A DNA stretch of 64,000 bases from a virus, in the IMG/VR virus record IMGVR_UViG_3300036845_000456, positions 1-64,000 of that record; one strand, 5' to 3'. Shown here one piece after another: positions 1 to 7,782 of the stretch. A program made the position numbers and the translations under genes. How positions within the stretch are numbered: position 1 is the stretch's first letter; each line of letters starts with the position of its first letter. The notes below the pieces were generated by a model that was not told where the DNA came from, made no database searches, and saw only the letters and a program-made list of their open reading frames with translations.

Positions 1-1
1 G

Positions 2-505
2 ATGCTGCTGCTGTTGCACGCGCTCGGCATTGAGCCCCCGGCGATGGCGTGCGCCCCGTATCTGCGCGCGCAGCCGCGCACCGGCATCAAGAACGGGAAG
101 CGCACGGTCGGCATTGCATGGTCGGTCGGCGTGCCGAATGCCCAAGATTATCCCCGGCAAATCCCGCTGCCGATGCTGGTCGAGCATTTCGGCGCCGACG
201 TCGAATTAGTTTCGGTGCAGCAACAAGACGCCGAAACGGCACATGCGTTCGGTATCCGCACGTTGCCGTTTGCGGATTTCGCCGAGTGTGCCGATGTGAT
301 GCTGGCGCTCGATACGATTGTCAGCATCGATACGGCGGCGCTGCATCTCGCGGGCGCCATCGATCATCCGCATGTGATCGGGCTGTTGTCATACTGGCAC
401 AGTTGGCGCTGGCAGGCGCCGATATATGCGAACATGCGACTGTGCCGCCAGCGCGCGCCGGATGACTGGGCGAGCGCGTTACAGCAGGTTGTCGGAATAG
501 TCTAA
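2..505 (+). CDS. Glycosyltransferase family 9-like C-terminal domain (probably 5'-truncated by the window edge)
   Basis: IVSIDTAALHLAGA matches the GT9 D-(T/S)-x-x-x-H-L-A motif; GIAWS and WRW segments typical of GT9/TPR-GT proteins. Confidence 0.7.
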   Translation: MLLLLHALGIEPPAMACAPYLRAQPRTGIKNGKRTVGIAWSVGVPNAQDYPRQIPLPMLVEHFGADVELVSVQQQDAETAHAFGIRTLPFADFAECADVMLALDTIVSIDTAALHLAGAIDHPHVIGLLSYWHSWRWQAPIYANMRLCRQRAPDDWASALQQVVGIV

Positions 506-512
506 ACACCTG

Positions 513-560
513 CGTCGCCGTCATCGTCATCGGCCTCGCCCTCGTCTTCGTCAACGCCCA
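513..560 (+). repeat. Intergenic mini-array of 8 CGYC-NN hexamers
   Basis: cgtcgc cgtcat cgtcat cggcct cgccct cgtctt cgtcaa cgccca, between the stop at 505 and the ATG at 560. Confidence 0.75.
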
Positions 561-769
561 TGGCCGACTTCCGCGATCGTATCAAACGCAGACATCTGGT
601 GGCGGCGCTGCTGATCATCATCGCCGGCTTGGTCGCCCTGTATTATTTCCAGCACAGCAACCCGGTCGAGGAAGCCAGCAAGTGTGCCACGAAAGGGCTA
701 GACATTTTTCAGGTGGGTAACGTCGAGATTTGCCGCGACCACGACACCGGCTTGTTGTACGCTCCATAA
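560..769 (+). CDS. Small membrane-anchored hypothetical protein
   Basis: One hydrophobic helix (LVAALLIIIAGLVALYYF), two Cys; tightly packed with the next ORF. Confidence 0.6.
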   Translation: MADFRDRIKRRHLVAALLIIIAGLVALYYFQHSNPVEEASKCATKGLDIFQVGNVEICRDHDTGLLYAP

Positions 770-772
770 GGC

Positions 773-1027
773 ATGCTGCTGCGCATCCGTGGACCGAATA
801 ATTTCGTCGGCGGCCTCGTGCTGGACGAGGACGATATGGTGCGGGTTTCCGCGCCGGATTTGCGTTGGTCGATCGGCCTCTCGGTGCATTCGCTGCGTGC
901 AGAACTGCAACGGCGCGGCTACACGGCAACCATCTGTCGCACGCTGACGCGGCCGGAACTGACCGGCAAGCCGAAGCGGCTCATTCGACCCGAGCGGGAC
1001 GACGACGATGACGGCAGCGAAACCTAA
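773..1027 (+). CDS. Hypothetical protein
   Basis: 84 aa ORF packed in operon. Confidence 0.55.
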   Translation: MLLRIRGPNNFVGGLVLDEDDMVRVSAPDLRWSIGLSVHSLRAELQRRGYTATICRTLTRPELTGKPKRLIRPERDDDDDGSET

Positions 1028-1244
1028 CGGCGGCGGGCTCGGCTGGAGCTACTTTTCCGAGCTACAAAGCATGAACGATTTCTTGTGCGAGCAGGCTTTC
1101 TACACGCCGATGGAAGCCAACACGTGGTTATTCGCAAAGCATAAACTGTTCGATGGCCTGACAGCGGCGCAAATGATCGCGCGCGGTCGTGCGGCCGAAG
1201 TCAGGCAAGTTATTGCGCAACTTAGGGACGGCGCATTCACGTAG
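1008..1244 (+). CDS. Xre/MbcA/ParS antitoxin toxin-binding-domain-like protein
   Basis: EANTWLFAKHKLFDGLTAAQMIARGRAAEVRQVIAQLRDGAF follows the A..W.....L.G.....i..G....V......l..G.F pattern of that domain. Confidence 0.55.
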   Translation: MTAAKPNGGGLGWSYFSELQSMNDFLCEQAFYTPMEANTWLFAKHKLFDGLTAAQMIARGRAAEVRQVIAQLRDGAFT

Positions 1245-1332
1245 ACGTCACGGGCCCCCAATAAGAAACTGGGAATTGAGGCAACTACCCGAAGCTTGGA
1301 AAGTCAAACAAACCGAAGAAGGGAATCTCAAG

Positions 1333-2046
1333 ATGCAGCCGTTTTTAGCTTTGATTACGCCACTTGGTGGTGGCGGTGGCGGTGGCGGCGGTCCCGTTGA
1401 TCCAGGATTCGGCGTGCCGGGCTGGCCGTCGCATCCGATCGCCCCCGGCGGTCCGCCTCCGGGCATCTGGCCCGGTCCTGGTTATCCGTCGCATCCGATC
1501 GCGCCCGGTGGGCCTCCACCGTGGGTATCGCATCCGATCCCGCCCGGTGTTTGGCCACAGCCTCCAGGGCAGGGCCCGGTTGATCCAGGGTACGGCGTGC
1601 CGGGCTGGCCCTCGCACCCGATCGCCCCGGGTGGTCAGCCTCCCGGCATTTGGCCGTCGCCAGGGCACCCGTCGCATCCGATCGCACCCGGCGGTCAGCC
1701 GCCCGGCATTTGGCCGAGCCCCGGTCATCCGTCGCATCCGATCGCGCCCGGTGGTCAGCCTCCCGGCATCTGGGGCGGTCCCGGTTCGTTGCCGCCGTGG
1801 ATGATGCCACCGATCTACATTCCGCTTCCTCCCGGCGAGCAACCACCAGAACCCGGTGACGGTTTGTCGCCGACGCACCCGATCGTCATCCCGCCGCCTC
1901 CTGGCGCCCCGGACACAGGCGATAAGGCATTGGTGCATGTCTTTGTCGTTGGCGTTGGTGGTGTTTGGTTTCTGATCCAGCCGCCCCCGCCCACGCCGAC
2001 GCATCCGATCCATGAACCGCCGTCGGGGACACCCAAGCCTGCGTAG
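1333..2046 (+). CDS. Proline/glycine-rich repeat protein (PSHPIAPGG repeats)
   Basis: ATG at 1333 after purine-rich gaagaaggga; tandem PSHPIAPGG(Q)PPGIW units; hydrophobic stretch near the C-terminus. Confidence 0.7.
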   Translation: MQPFLALITPLGGGGGGGGGPVDPGFGVPGWPSHPIAPGGPPPGIWPGPGYPSHPIAPGGPPPWVSHPIPPGVWPQPPGQGPVDPGYGVPGWPSHPIAPGGQPPGIWPSPGHPSHPIAPGGQPPGIWPSPGHPSHPIAPGGQPPGIWGGPGSLPPWMMPPIYIPLPPGEQPPEPGDGLSPTHPIVIPPPPGAPDTGDKALVHVFVVGVGGVWFLIQPPPPTPTHPIHEPPSGTPKPA

Positions 2047-2272
2047 CTGATTCATTCAGCAAACAAACAGCGGGGCCGCATACGTGCGGCCTCGCGCCCT
2101 GTCCCGAAGGATTGCGCCGTGTCTCTCCATCGGGATCACAGATTTTGGTTTTGGTTGATTGTCCTGATCCTTGCCGCGCTGGCAATTTTCGTCGTCGCCC
2201 TCGCGGGCATGACCTTTCATCAACAATACGAGCGCACGGCCTTTGTGCCGGCCTTCATATCCGTGATGAGCA

Positions 2273-4645
2273 ATGGCGTTTGCTGCGTGGGATTGCGCGC
2301 ATGGTGATGCGCCATCAGTTCCGTTGCCAGTCGGCAACACGGTCGCCATTGCCCCGTCCGATGACAGCGTTGACTCGAACCGAGTCAGCGTCAGCGGCAA
2401 CGGCTACATCTACTCGCTCGGGCCCGGCCCGGTCGATGACGACGGCAATCCCTGGTTCTGCACGAAGCTAGTTGTTTTTACGCCGACGTCGCCGACGCAG
2501 CCGATCGTGCTGGTGCAGAGCGCGACGCTACAGATGCTCGGCGGCGTCAGCCGCACCATCAGCGTGCCGTGCATCTGCAAGTTTCACTGGGGCGGCGTCG
2601 CCTGGACTGAAGAACAGTACACCGATCTAACAAACGCCAGTGGCGGCGGTGGTGGTGGCGGAACAGCCGGACCGCCTGGACCGGTTGGGCCGCCCGGGCC
2701 CGCTGGTCCCGCCGGCCCGCAAGGCGCAACCGGACCCGCTGGGCCACAAGGGCCGAAGGGCGACACCGGCAACACAGGCGCCACGGGCTCGCAGGGACCG
2801 GCCGGCAGCACAGGCGCAGCGGGCCCTGCCGGCCCCGGCTATCAGGCGACCAGCGGGTCATCGGTACAGGTCACCAATGGCTCGAAGACGTTTGTTACAC
2901 AAGCCGGGCTCGCCTACACGGTCGGCGCTCGCGCGCGAGCCGCGTCGGGCGGCGCACCAACAAATTGGGTAGAGGGACAAGTCACCGCGTATAGCGGGAC
3001 ATCGCTGGTCATCAACGTCGATCTAACAAACGGCTCGGGCACGTTTGCTGATTGGCAGATTAACCTCGCCGGCCAACAGGGCGCGCAAGGAACGCAAGGG
3101 CCAGCCGGCAGCACCGGGGCAACAGGTCAAGGCGTGCCCACGGGCGGCACCACCGGCCAAGTCCTGACCAAGAACTCGGCCACCAATTATGATTCGAGTT
3201 GGCAAGCTCCAACAGGAGGCACTGGTACCACCACGCCAGCCGATGCGTTTACCGCAACACTAAGTGCGGATCAGACTGGCATTGCTGCATCTACTTGGAC
3301 GAAAATTAATTTCAACACGGTGGGACTAAACCAGAATGGCAAATGGGATGCGACACATCTGCGCTGGGTGCCTTCGGCTGGGCAGATTCAAATAGAAGCG
3401 CAGCTTTCTTATTCTAATATCGCTACTACTGGTCAGAATGTTTATGCTGCGATTTACAAAAATGGAGTAATGTTGAGGACTGGGGTTATTTATGACCTTC
3501 CTTCTAATAGTGGCTTTCCGGTTGTTGTTGTTGTTGATAACGCTAATGGCACTGATTACTACGAATGCTATGGGTACTGCACTGCCGTTAGCACGATAAG
3601 TTCGGTTGCTACTCTTACTTTCTTCCAAGGCTTTGCCATTGCTCCAGCCGGTCCGGCGTCTACTGTTCCTGGTCCTGCTGGTCCCGGTTATCTGGGAACC
3701 AGCACAACGAATGTGCCGATTGCGACTGGTCCCGTTACAGTCACCACGCAAGCCGGACTTGCCTATCAGGTTGGAGCAAGGACACGGTTATCCGCAGATG
3801 CATCGAACTGGATGGAAGGAGTCATCACCGCATATAGCGGGACAAGTCTAACCGTTAATGTGGACTACACGAGCGCGATGGCGGCGAGTTCGCCAAACCC
3901 GGTCATTCCTGGCTCTCTCTTTGGATTGACACTGGCGAATGATGCAACGACGCCAGCTACGGTTCTCGACATTGCTCCAGGAGGTGCCACGTCAGACGAC
4001 AATCTGACAGCGATGGTTTTGTCAGCAACTGGATTTAAGAAGAACTGCAATGCCGCATGGGTCGTCGGGTCTGGCAATGGCGCGCTCGATAGCGGTTCAG
4101 CACTCGCGAACAATACTTGGTATCATGTATTTCAAATTGAACGCGTTGATACTTACGTTGTTGATGTACTGATCTCGCAAAGTTTGACCGCACCGATACT
4201 TCCAACGAACTACACGAAGAAGCGGCGCATCGGTTCATTTCAAACAGGTGGCAGCGCAGCGATCATTCCATTTCTTCAATCTGGTGATCAGTTCCTTTTT
4301 ACGACGACACCAACAGCTTATGACACAGCACTGAATTATTCAGCCAATGTCTCTACTTTAGTCGCAGTTAACACACCACCGGGAGTGCGAACAGTCGCTT
4401 TGATACATGCAACGAACCAGACTACTGCTGGACAAAATGTATCAGTGCGAACTCCAGATATTGCTAGCCCCAGTGCTGTCTACTTCAACGTTCCTCCGGT
4501 ATCTACGACAGGAGCTTCTTACAACTACGTTGATTTGCAGGTCCTAACAAATCTTAGCTCTCAAGTCGCCGTTTATTGTGGTAGCGCCGTCACCGGAGGC
4601 TTCAAGATGGTGGCGTACGGATGGATTGACTCTCGGGGCAAGTAA
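2273..4645 (+). CDS. Modular fibre/appendage protein 1 (collagen Gly-X-Y, repeated beta modules, C1q-like module)
   Basis: Gly-X-Y run; TQAGLAY.VGAR...[11 protein letters not shown] module twice; modules shared with ORFs at 4645, 5715 and 38833. Confidence 0.75.
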   Translation: MAFAAWDCAHGDAPSVPLPVGNTVAIAPSDDSVDSNRVSVSGNGYIYSLGPGPVDDDGNPWFCTKLVVFTPTSPTQPIVLVQSATLQMLGGVSRTISVPCICKFHWGGVAWTEEQYTDLTNASGGGGGGGTAGPPGPVGPPGPAGPAGPQGATGPAGPQGPKGDTGNTGATGSQGPAGSTGAAGPAGPGYQATSGSSVQVTNGSKTFVTQAGLAYTVGARARAASGGAPTNWVEGQVTAYSGTSLVINVDLTNGSGTFADWQINLAGQQGAQGTQGPAGSTGATGQGVPTGGTTGQVLTKNSATNYDSSWQAPTGGTGTTTPADAFTATLSADQTGIAASTWTKINFNTVGLNQNGKWDATHLRWVPSAGQIQIEAQLSYSNIATTGQNVYAAIYKNGVMLRTGVIYDLPSNSGFPVVVVVDNANGTDYYECYGYCTAVSTISSVATLTFFQGFAIAPAGPASTVPGPAGPGYLGTSTTNVPIATGPVTVTTQAGLAYQVGARTRLSADASNWMEGVITAYSGTSLTVNVDYTSAMAASSPNPVIPGSLFGLTLANDATTPATVLDIAPGGATSDDNLTAMVLSATGFKKNCNAAWVVGSGNGALDSGSALANNTWYHVFQIERVDTYVVDVLISQSLTAPILPTNYTKKRRIGSFQTGGSAAIIPFLQSGDQFLFTTTPTAYDTALNYSANVSTLVAVNTPPGVRTVALIHATNQTTAGQNVSVRTPDIASPSAVYFNVPPVSTTGASYNYVDLQVLTNLSSQVAVYCGSAVTGGFKMVAYGWIDSRGK

Positions 4646-5712
4646 TGCCGAGTTCTTGGAACATTGATATTGCTGGCCAACTTGGCCAGCCTGGAGGACC
4701 ACCGGGCGCTCCAGGGTCTGTTGGTCCTACCGGCCCTGTAGGTCCAGGCTATCAAGCAACCAGCACGACCAATCTACCGCTGGCGCTTGGGCCGATCACC
4801 ATCGCGACGCAAGCGGGTTTGGCCTACACGGTCGGTGCACGGGTGCGGCTGGCATCAAACAGTGCACCGGGTCAATGGATGGAGGGACCGGTCACCGCCT
4901 ACAGCGGCACATCGCTGTCGCTGAATATCGATCTGCTCAGCACCGGTATCATGGTTGCTCAGTACGTGACACTGCCGAATTATCTCGGTGGCCTCACGTT
5001 ATCGAACGACGCGACCAGTCCGAACACGGTGCTTGATATTGCGACCGGTTGTGCCACGTCTGACGACAACACGACCACGATGCCGCTGGTGGCGGCGAAC
5101 TTCACCAAGAACTGCAACGCGGCATGGGCAGTCGGATCAGGCAACGGCGCTCTTGATACCGGAAGCGCGCTAGTAGCAAACGCGTGGTATCACGTGTTTC
5201 TGATAACTCGCACGGATACCGGCGTTGTTGATGTGCTGATCTCGACCAGCGTGTCAGCACCGACCCTGCCGACAAACTACACAAAGCGGAGGCGCATCGG
5301 CACAATTGCAACTAATGCTTCTGCACAAATTATTGCATTCACTCAATTTGGTGATCAGTTCCTTTGGACGACGGTTATCAATAATTATTCCAATGTCGGC
5401 GTTTCCCAGACACAGTCGCAACTGACGTTGTCAGTGCCACCCGGGATCAAGGTGATCGCAATATTTGGTGCGTGGTTTTATCCAAATGTAAATTCCACCG
5501 TGCTGTTTCAATCTCCCGATGTAACCAGTGGGCTGGCAGTCGGTAGTAATACCAACATCTCTATATGGGGAACAGCAGCCGGGCCGTTGGTTGGCTTTGA
5601 GTGTCAGGTTCGCACCAACACGTCACAGCAGATCAACATGGTTGCTCTCTCTACCACTACGAACGGGTTATACATAAACACTAGAGGCTGGATCGATCAT
5701 CGTGGAAAGTAG
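4645..5712 (+). CDS. Modular fibre/appendage protein 2
   Basis: Paralogous to the C-terminal half of 2273-4645 ([33 protein letters not shown] end); TAATG coupling. Confidence 0.75.
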   Translation: MPSSWNIDIAGQLGQPGGPPGAPGSVGPTGPVGPGYQATSTTNLPLALGPITIATQAGLAYTVGARVRLASNSAPGQWMEGPVTAYSGTSLSLNIDLLSTGIMVAQYVTLPNYLGGLTLSNDATSPNTVLDIATGCATSDDNTTTMPLVAANFTKNCNAAWAVGSGNGALDTGSALVANAWYHVFLITRTDTGVVDVLISTSVSAPTLPTNYTKRRRIGTIATNASAQIIAFTQFGDQFLWTTVINNYSNVGVSQTQSQLTLSVPPGIKVIAIFGAWFYPNVNSTVLFQSPDVTSGLAVGSNTNISIWGTAAGPLVGFECQVRTNTSQQINMVALSTTTNGLYINTRGWIDHRGK

Positions 5713-5714
5713 TC

Positions 5715-7037
5715 GTGCCAAGTGATTGGAACGTCAATCTAGCCGGTGTGCCGGGTTCAGGTCCTGCTGGTCCACCAGGGCCGCCAGGAACGCCAGGGCC
5801 ACCAGCGGATGTATTCGTTGCCACGCTCAGTGCGGATCAGACGGGCGTTGTCGCAGCCACTTGGACGAAAGTTAATTTTAATACTGCGGTCTACAATCAG
5901 AATGGCAAGTTCAACGCCAGCACTTCACGGTGGACACCGAGTGCTGGACCGGTTCAGGTAGAGGCGCAAATCGTTTTTACTGTTGCCACTACAGTTTATG
6001 CTGCCATTTATAAAAATGGTGTTGCTTTAAGACAGATGCCCATTGGTAGCCAATCACGCATCACGGTTACGGACAATGCGAACGGCACAGATTATTATGA
6101 AGCTTGGATATATACCACCGTTGCTGGTGCGGTATCTTCAAATACCGTTAACAGTTTCTTCCAAGGCTTTGCCATCGCCCCGGCGGGTCCGCAAGGTCCG
6201 GTCGGGCCCGTCGCAGAAGCGCCGACTGATGGTCAGCAATACGCGCGGCAGAACGCAGCTTGGAGTGTCGTCGGCGCGGCGGCGGCTGTTCCCAGTTCGG
6301 GGAAACTCACCTACGTCAATGCCACGACGCTGAAGTTTGCGCCGTACAACGGCGACTTGATCAAGATCAACGGCGTCATCTATCAAATCCCGGCAGCGGG
6401 AATCGCCGGACTGAGCACGGCGGGTGTGTTCCTCAACGGCGTGGCCGGGCAGAATCTTGCTGGCGCCACGCTGTACTACGTCTATTGCTTCAACAACGGC
6501 GGCACGCTGACGGCCGACTTCTCGACCACGGGTCACGCGACCAGCACGACAACCGGGAATGTCGGGATCGAAATCAAAAGCGGCGACAACACACGCTCGC
6601 TAATTGGTTTGATCTATGTATCTGGTAGTCCTGTCAATTTTTATGATCAAAATACAGCGCGTTGGGTGCGCTCTTGGTTTAATCCGACGACGGCTGCATT
6701 GAGTATCGCCTCGGCAGGATCACTCAATGCGACTTCAGGTTGGGTTGCGTCTACAGGAGTAGTTCAATGGGTTCAATTTGCCGGGGAACTTACTTTTCTG
6801 CGATTTACCGGAGCCGTATATTTTCCAAGTGCGACTAATATGTATCAGACAATGTATGTTGATGGGGTTGGTGCTGGTGGAACAGGTACTTGTTATTCAA
6901 ATGCGACTTGGGCCTCATTTGCAATGGAAGTGCAAGGCTCATATGCCGAGGGATTTCATTCTTCTCAGGCAATGTATCAAGCGACTGTTGCGACAAGTAA
7001 CATGGCTGGCAGTTTGAACGGGTCTGTGAGTCGCTAG
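5715..7037 (+). CDS. Modular fibre/appendage protein 3 with fibritin foldon-like motif
   Basis: EAPTDGQQYARQNAAW resembles the T4 fibritin foldon; shares ATLSADQTG...[10 protein letters not shown] with fibre 1 and IKING.IYQIP...[12 protein letters not shown] with 38833-40167. Confidence 0.75.
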   Translation: MPSDWNVNLAGVPGSGPAGPPGPPGTPGPPADVFVATLSADQTGVVAATWTKVNFNTAVYNQNGKFNASTSRWTPSAGPVQVEAQIVFTVATTVYAAIYKNGVALRQMPIGSQSRITVTDNANGTDYYEAWIYTTVAGAVSSNTVNSFFQGFAIAPAGPQGPVGPVAEAPTDGQQYARQNAAWSVVGAAAAVPSSGKLTYVNATTLKFAPYNGDLIKINGVIYQIPAAGIAGLSTAGVFLNGVAGQNLAGATLYYVYCFNNGGTLTADFSTTGHATSTTTGNVGIEIKSGDNTRSLIGLIYVSGSPVNFYDQNTARWVRSWFNPTTAALSIASAGSLNATSGWVASTGVVQWVQFAGELTFLRFTGAVYFPSATNMYQTMYVDGVGAGGTGTCYSNATWASFAMEVQGSYAEGFHSSQAMYQATVATSNMAGSLNGSVSR

Positions 7038-7117
7038 GGGCAAGAGCCTAAGATAAAATTCGGCAGGCACGTCCATCTCGCGACGGTCCTATGCCTGCCG
7101 TTTGGACGTCGGGTGTC

Positions 7118-7606
7118 CTAGTCCCCGGCGTCGATCGCGGCGAGCGCTTCCTTGCCTAGCAGCGGCATGCGGCGGCGCTCGCCGCTCACATTCGCCTTGC
7201 GGCGCTCGGCGCTGGCCCGCTTCTTGGCCGCCTTGCGCTCGGCTTGGTCTGCGGTGATCTCGACTCTCGCCGCCTCGTCTGCCGCATTGGGGACGCGACG
7301 CAGGAAGTCGGGAATGCCGGCGTCGTCATCGGTTAACGTCGTGGTGGCCGATGGCAAAGGTGGCGGCGCTGCCGCACCGCGATCAGCTATCGGTGGCGTC
7401 GCCACGCTCAGCTTCGATGCAGGAAGTGGAGCATTCGCCAGCGCTTCGTCGTAACGCCGCAACTGGCGCTCCAACTTCGGGATCAGGACCATCGCTTTGG
7501 CAATCGTCTTGTTGGCCTGATCCAGTTTCTTGTGCCAGCGCGTGAGCGTGGCAACCATCTTGGCGTGACGCCGCTCGCGCGGAGTCAGTTTGGTCTTCGG
7601 TTTCAT
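7118..7606 (-). CDS. Hypothetical protein with FtsZ C-terminal-peptide-like motif
   Basis: Lone minus-strand gene in the late region; RBS-like gaaagag upstream; contains DDAGIPDFLRR. Confidence 0.65.
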   Translation of the reverse strand: MKPKTKLTPRERRHAKMVATLTRWHKKLDQANKTIAKAMVLIPKLERQLRRYDEALANAPLPASKLSVATPPIADRGAAAPPPLPSATTTLTDDDAGIPDFLRRVPNAADEAARVEITADQAERKAAKKRASAERRKANVSGERRRMPLLGKEALAAIDAGD

Positions 7607-7782
7607 GTTTGCTCTTTCAAATAGCCCGCCCGATCACCATGACCGAACGTGCTGACACTATAGCACATTGCAAATTTGCATTTGTTGTTGATCGACAAAC
7701 ATCAACGACTTAGCGGCGGGTCCGCACTGAACAACAACAACAATTGCTGCGCGGTTTTGTCGCAAATCGAGGATTGATGTAA

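Noticed and set aside
2119-2307. Small hydrophobic ORF before fibre gene 1
   Set aside because: Plausible but has no clear RBS, competes with overlapping frames and gives no motif support.
2273-7037. Diversity-generating retroelement or shufflon acting on the fibre genes
   Set aside because: No reverse transcriptase or invertase in the window, no inverted cassettes, and differences between paralogues are not visibly adenine-restricted.
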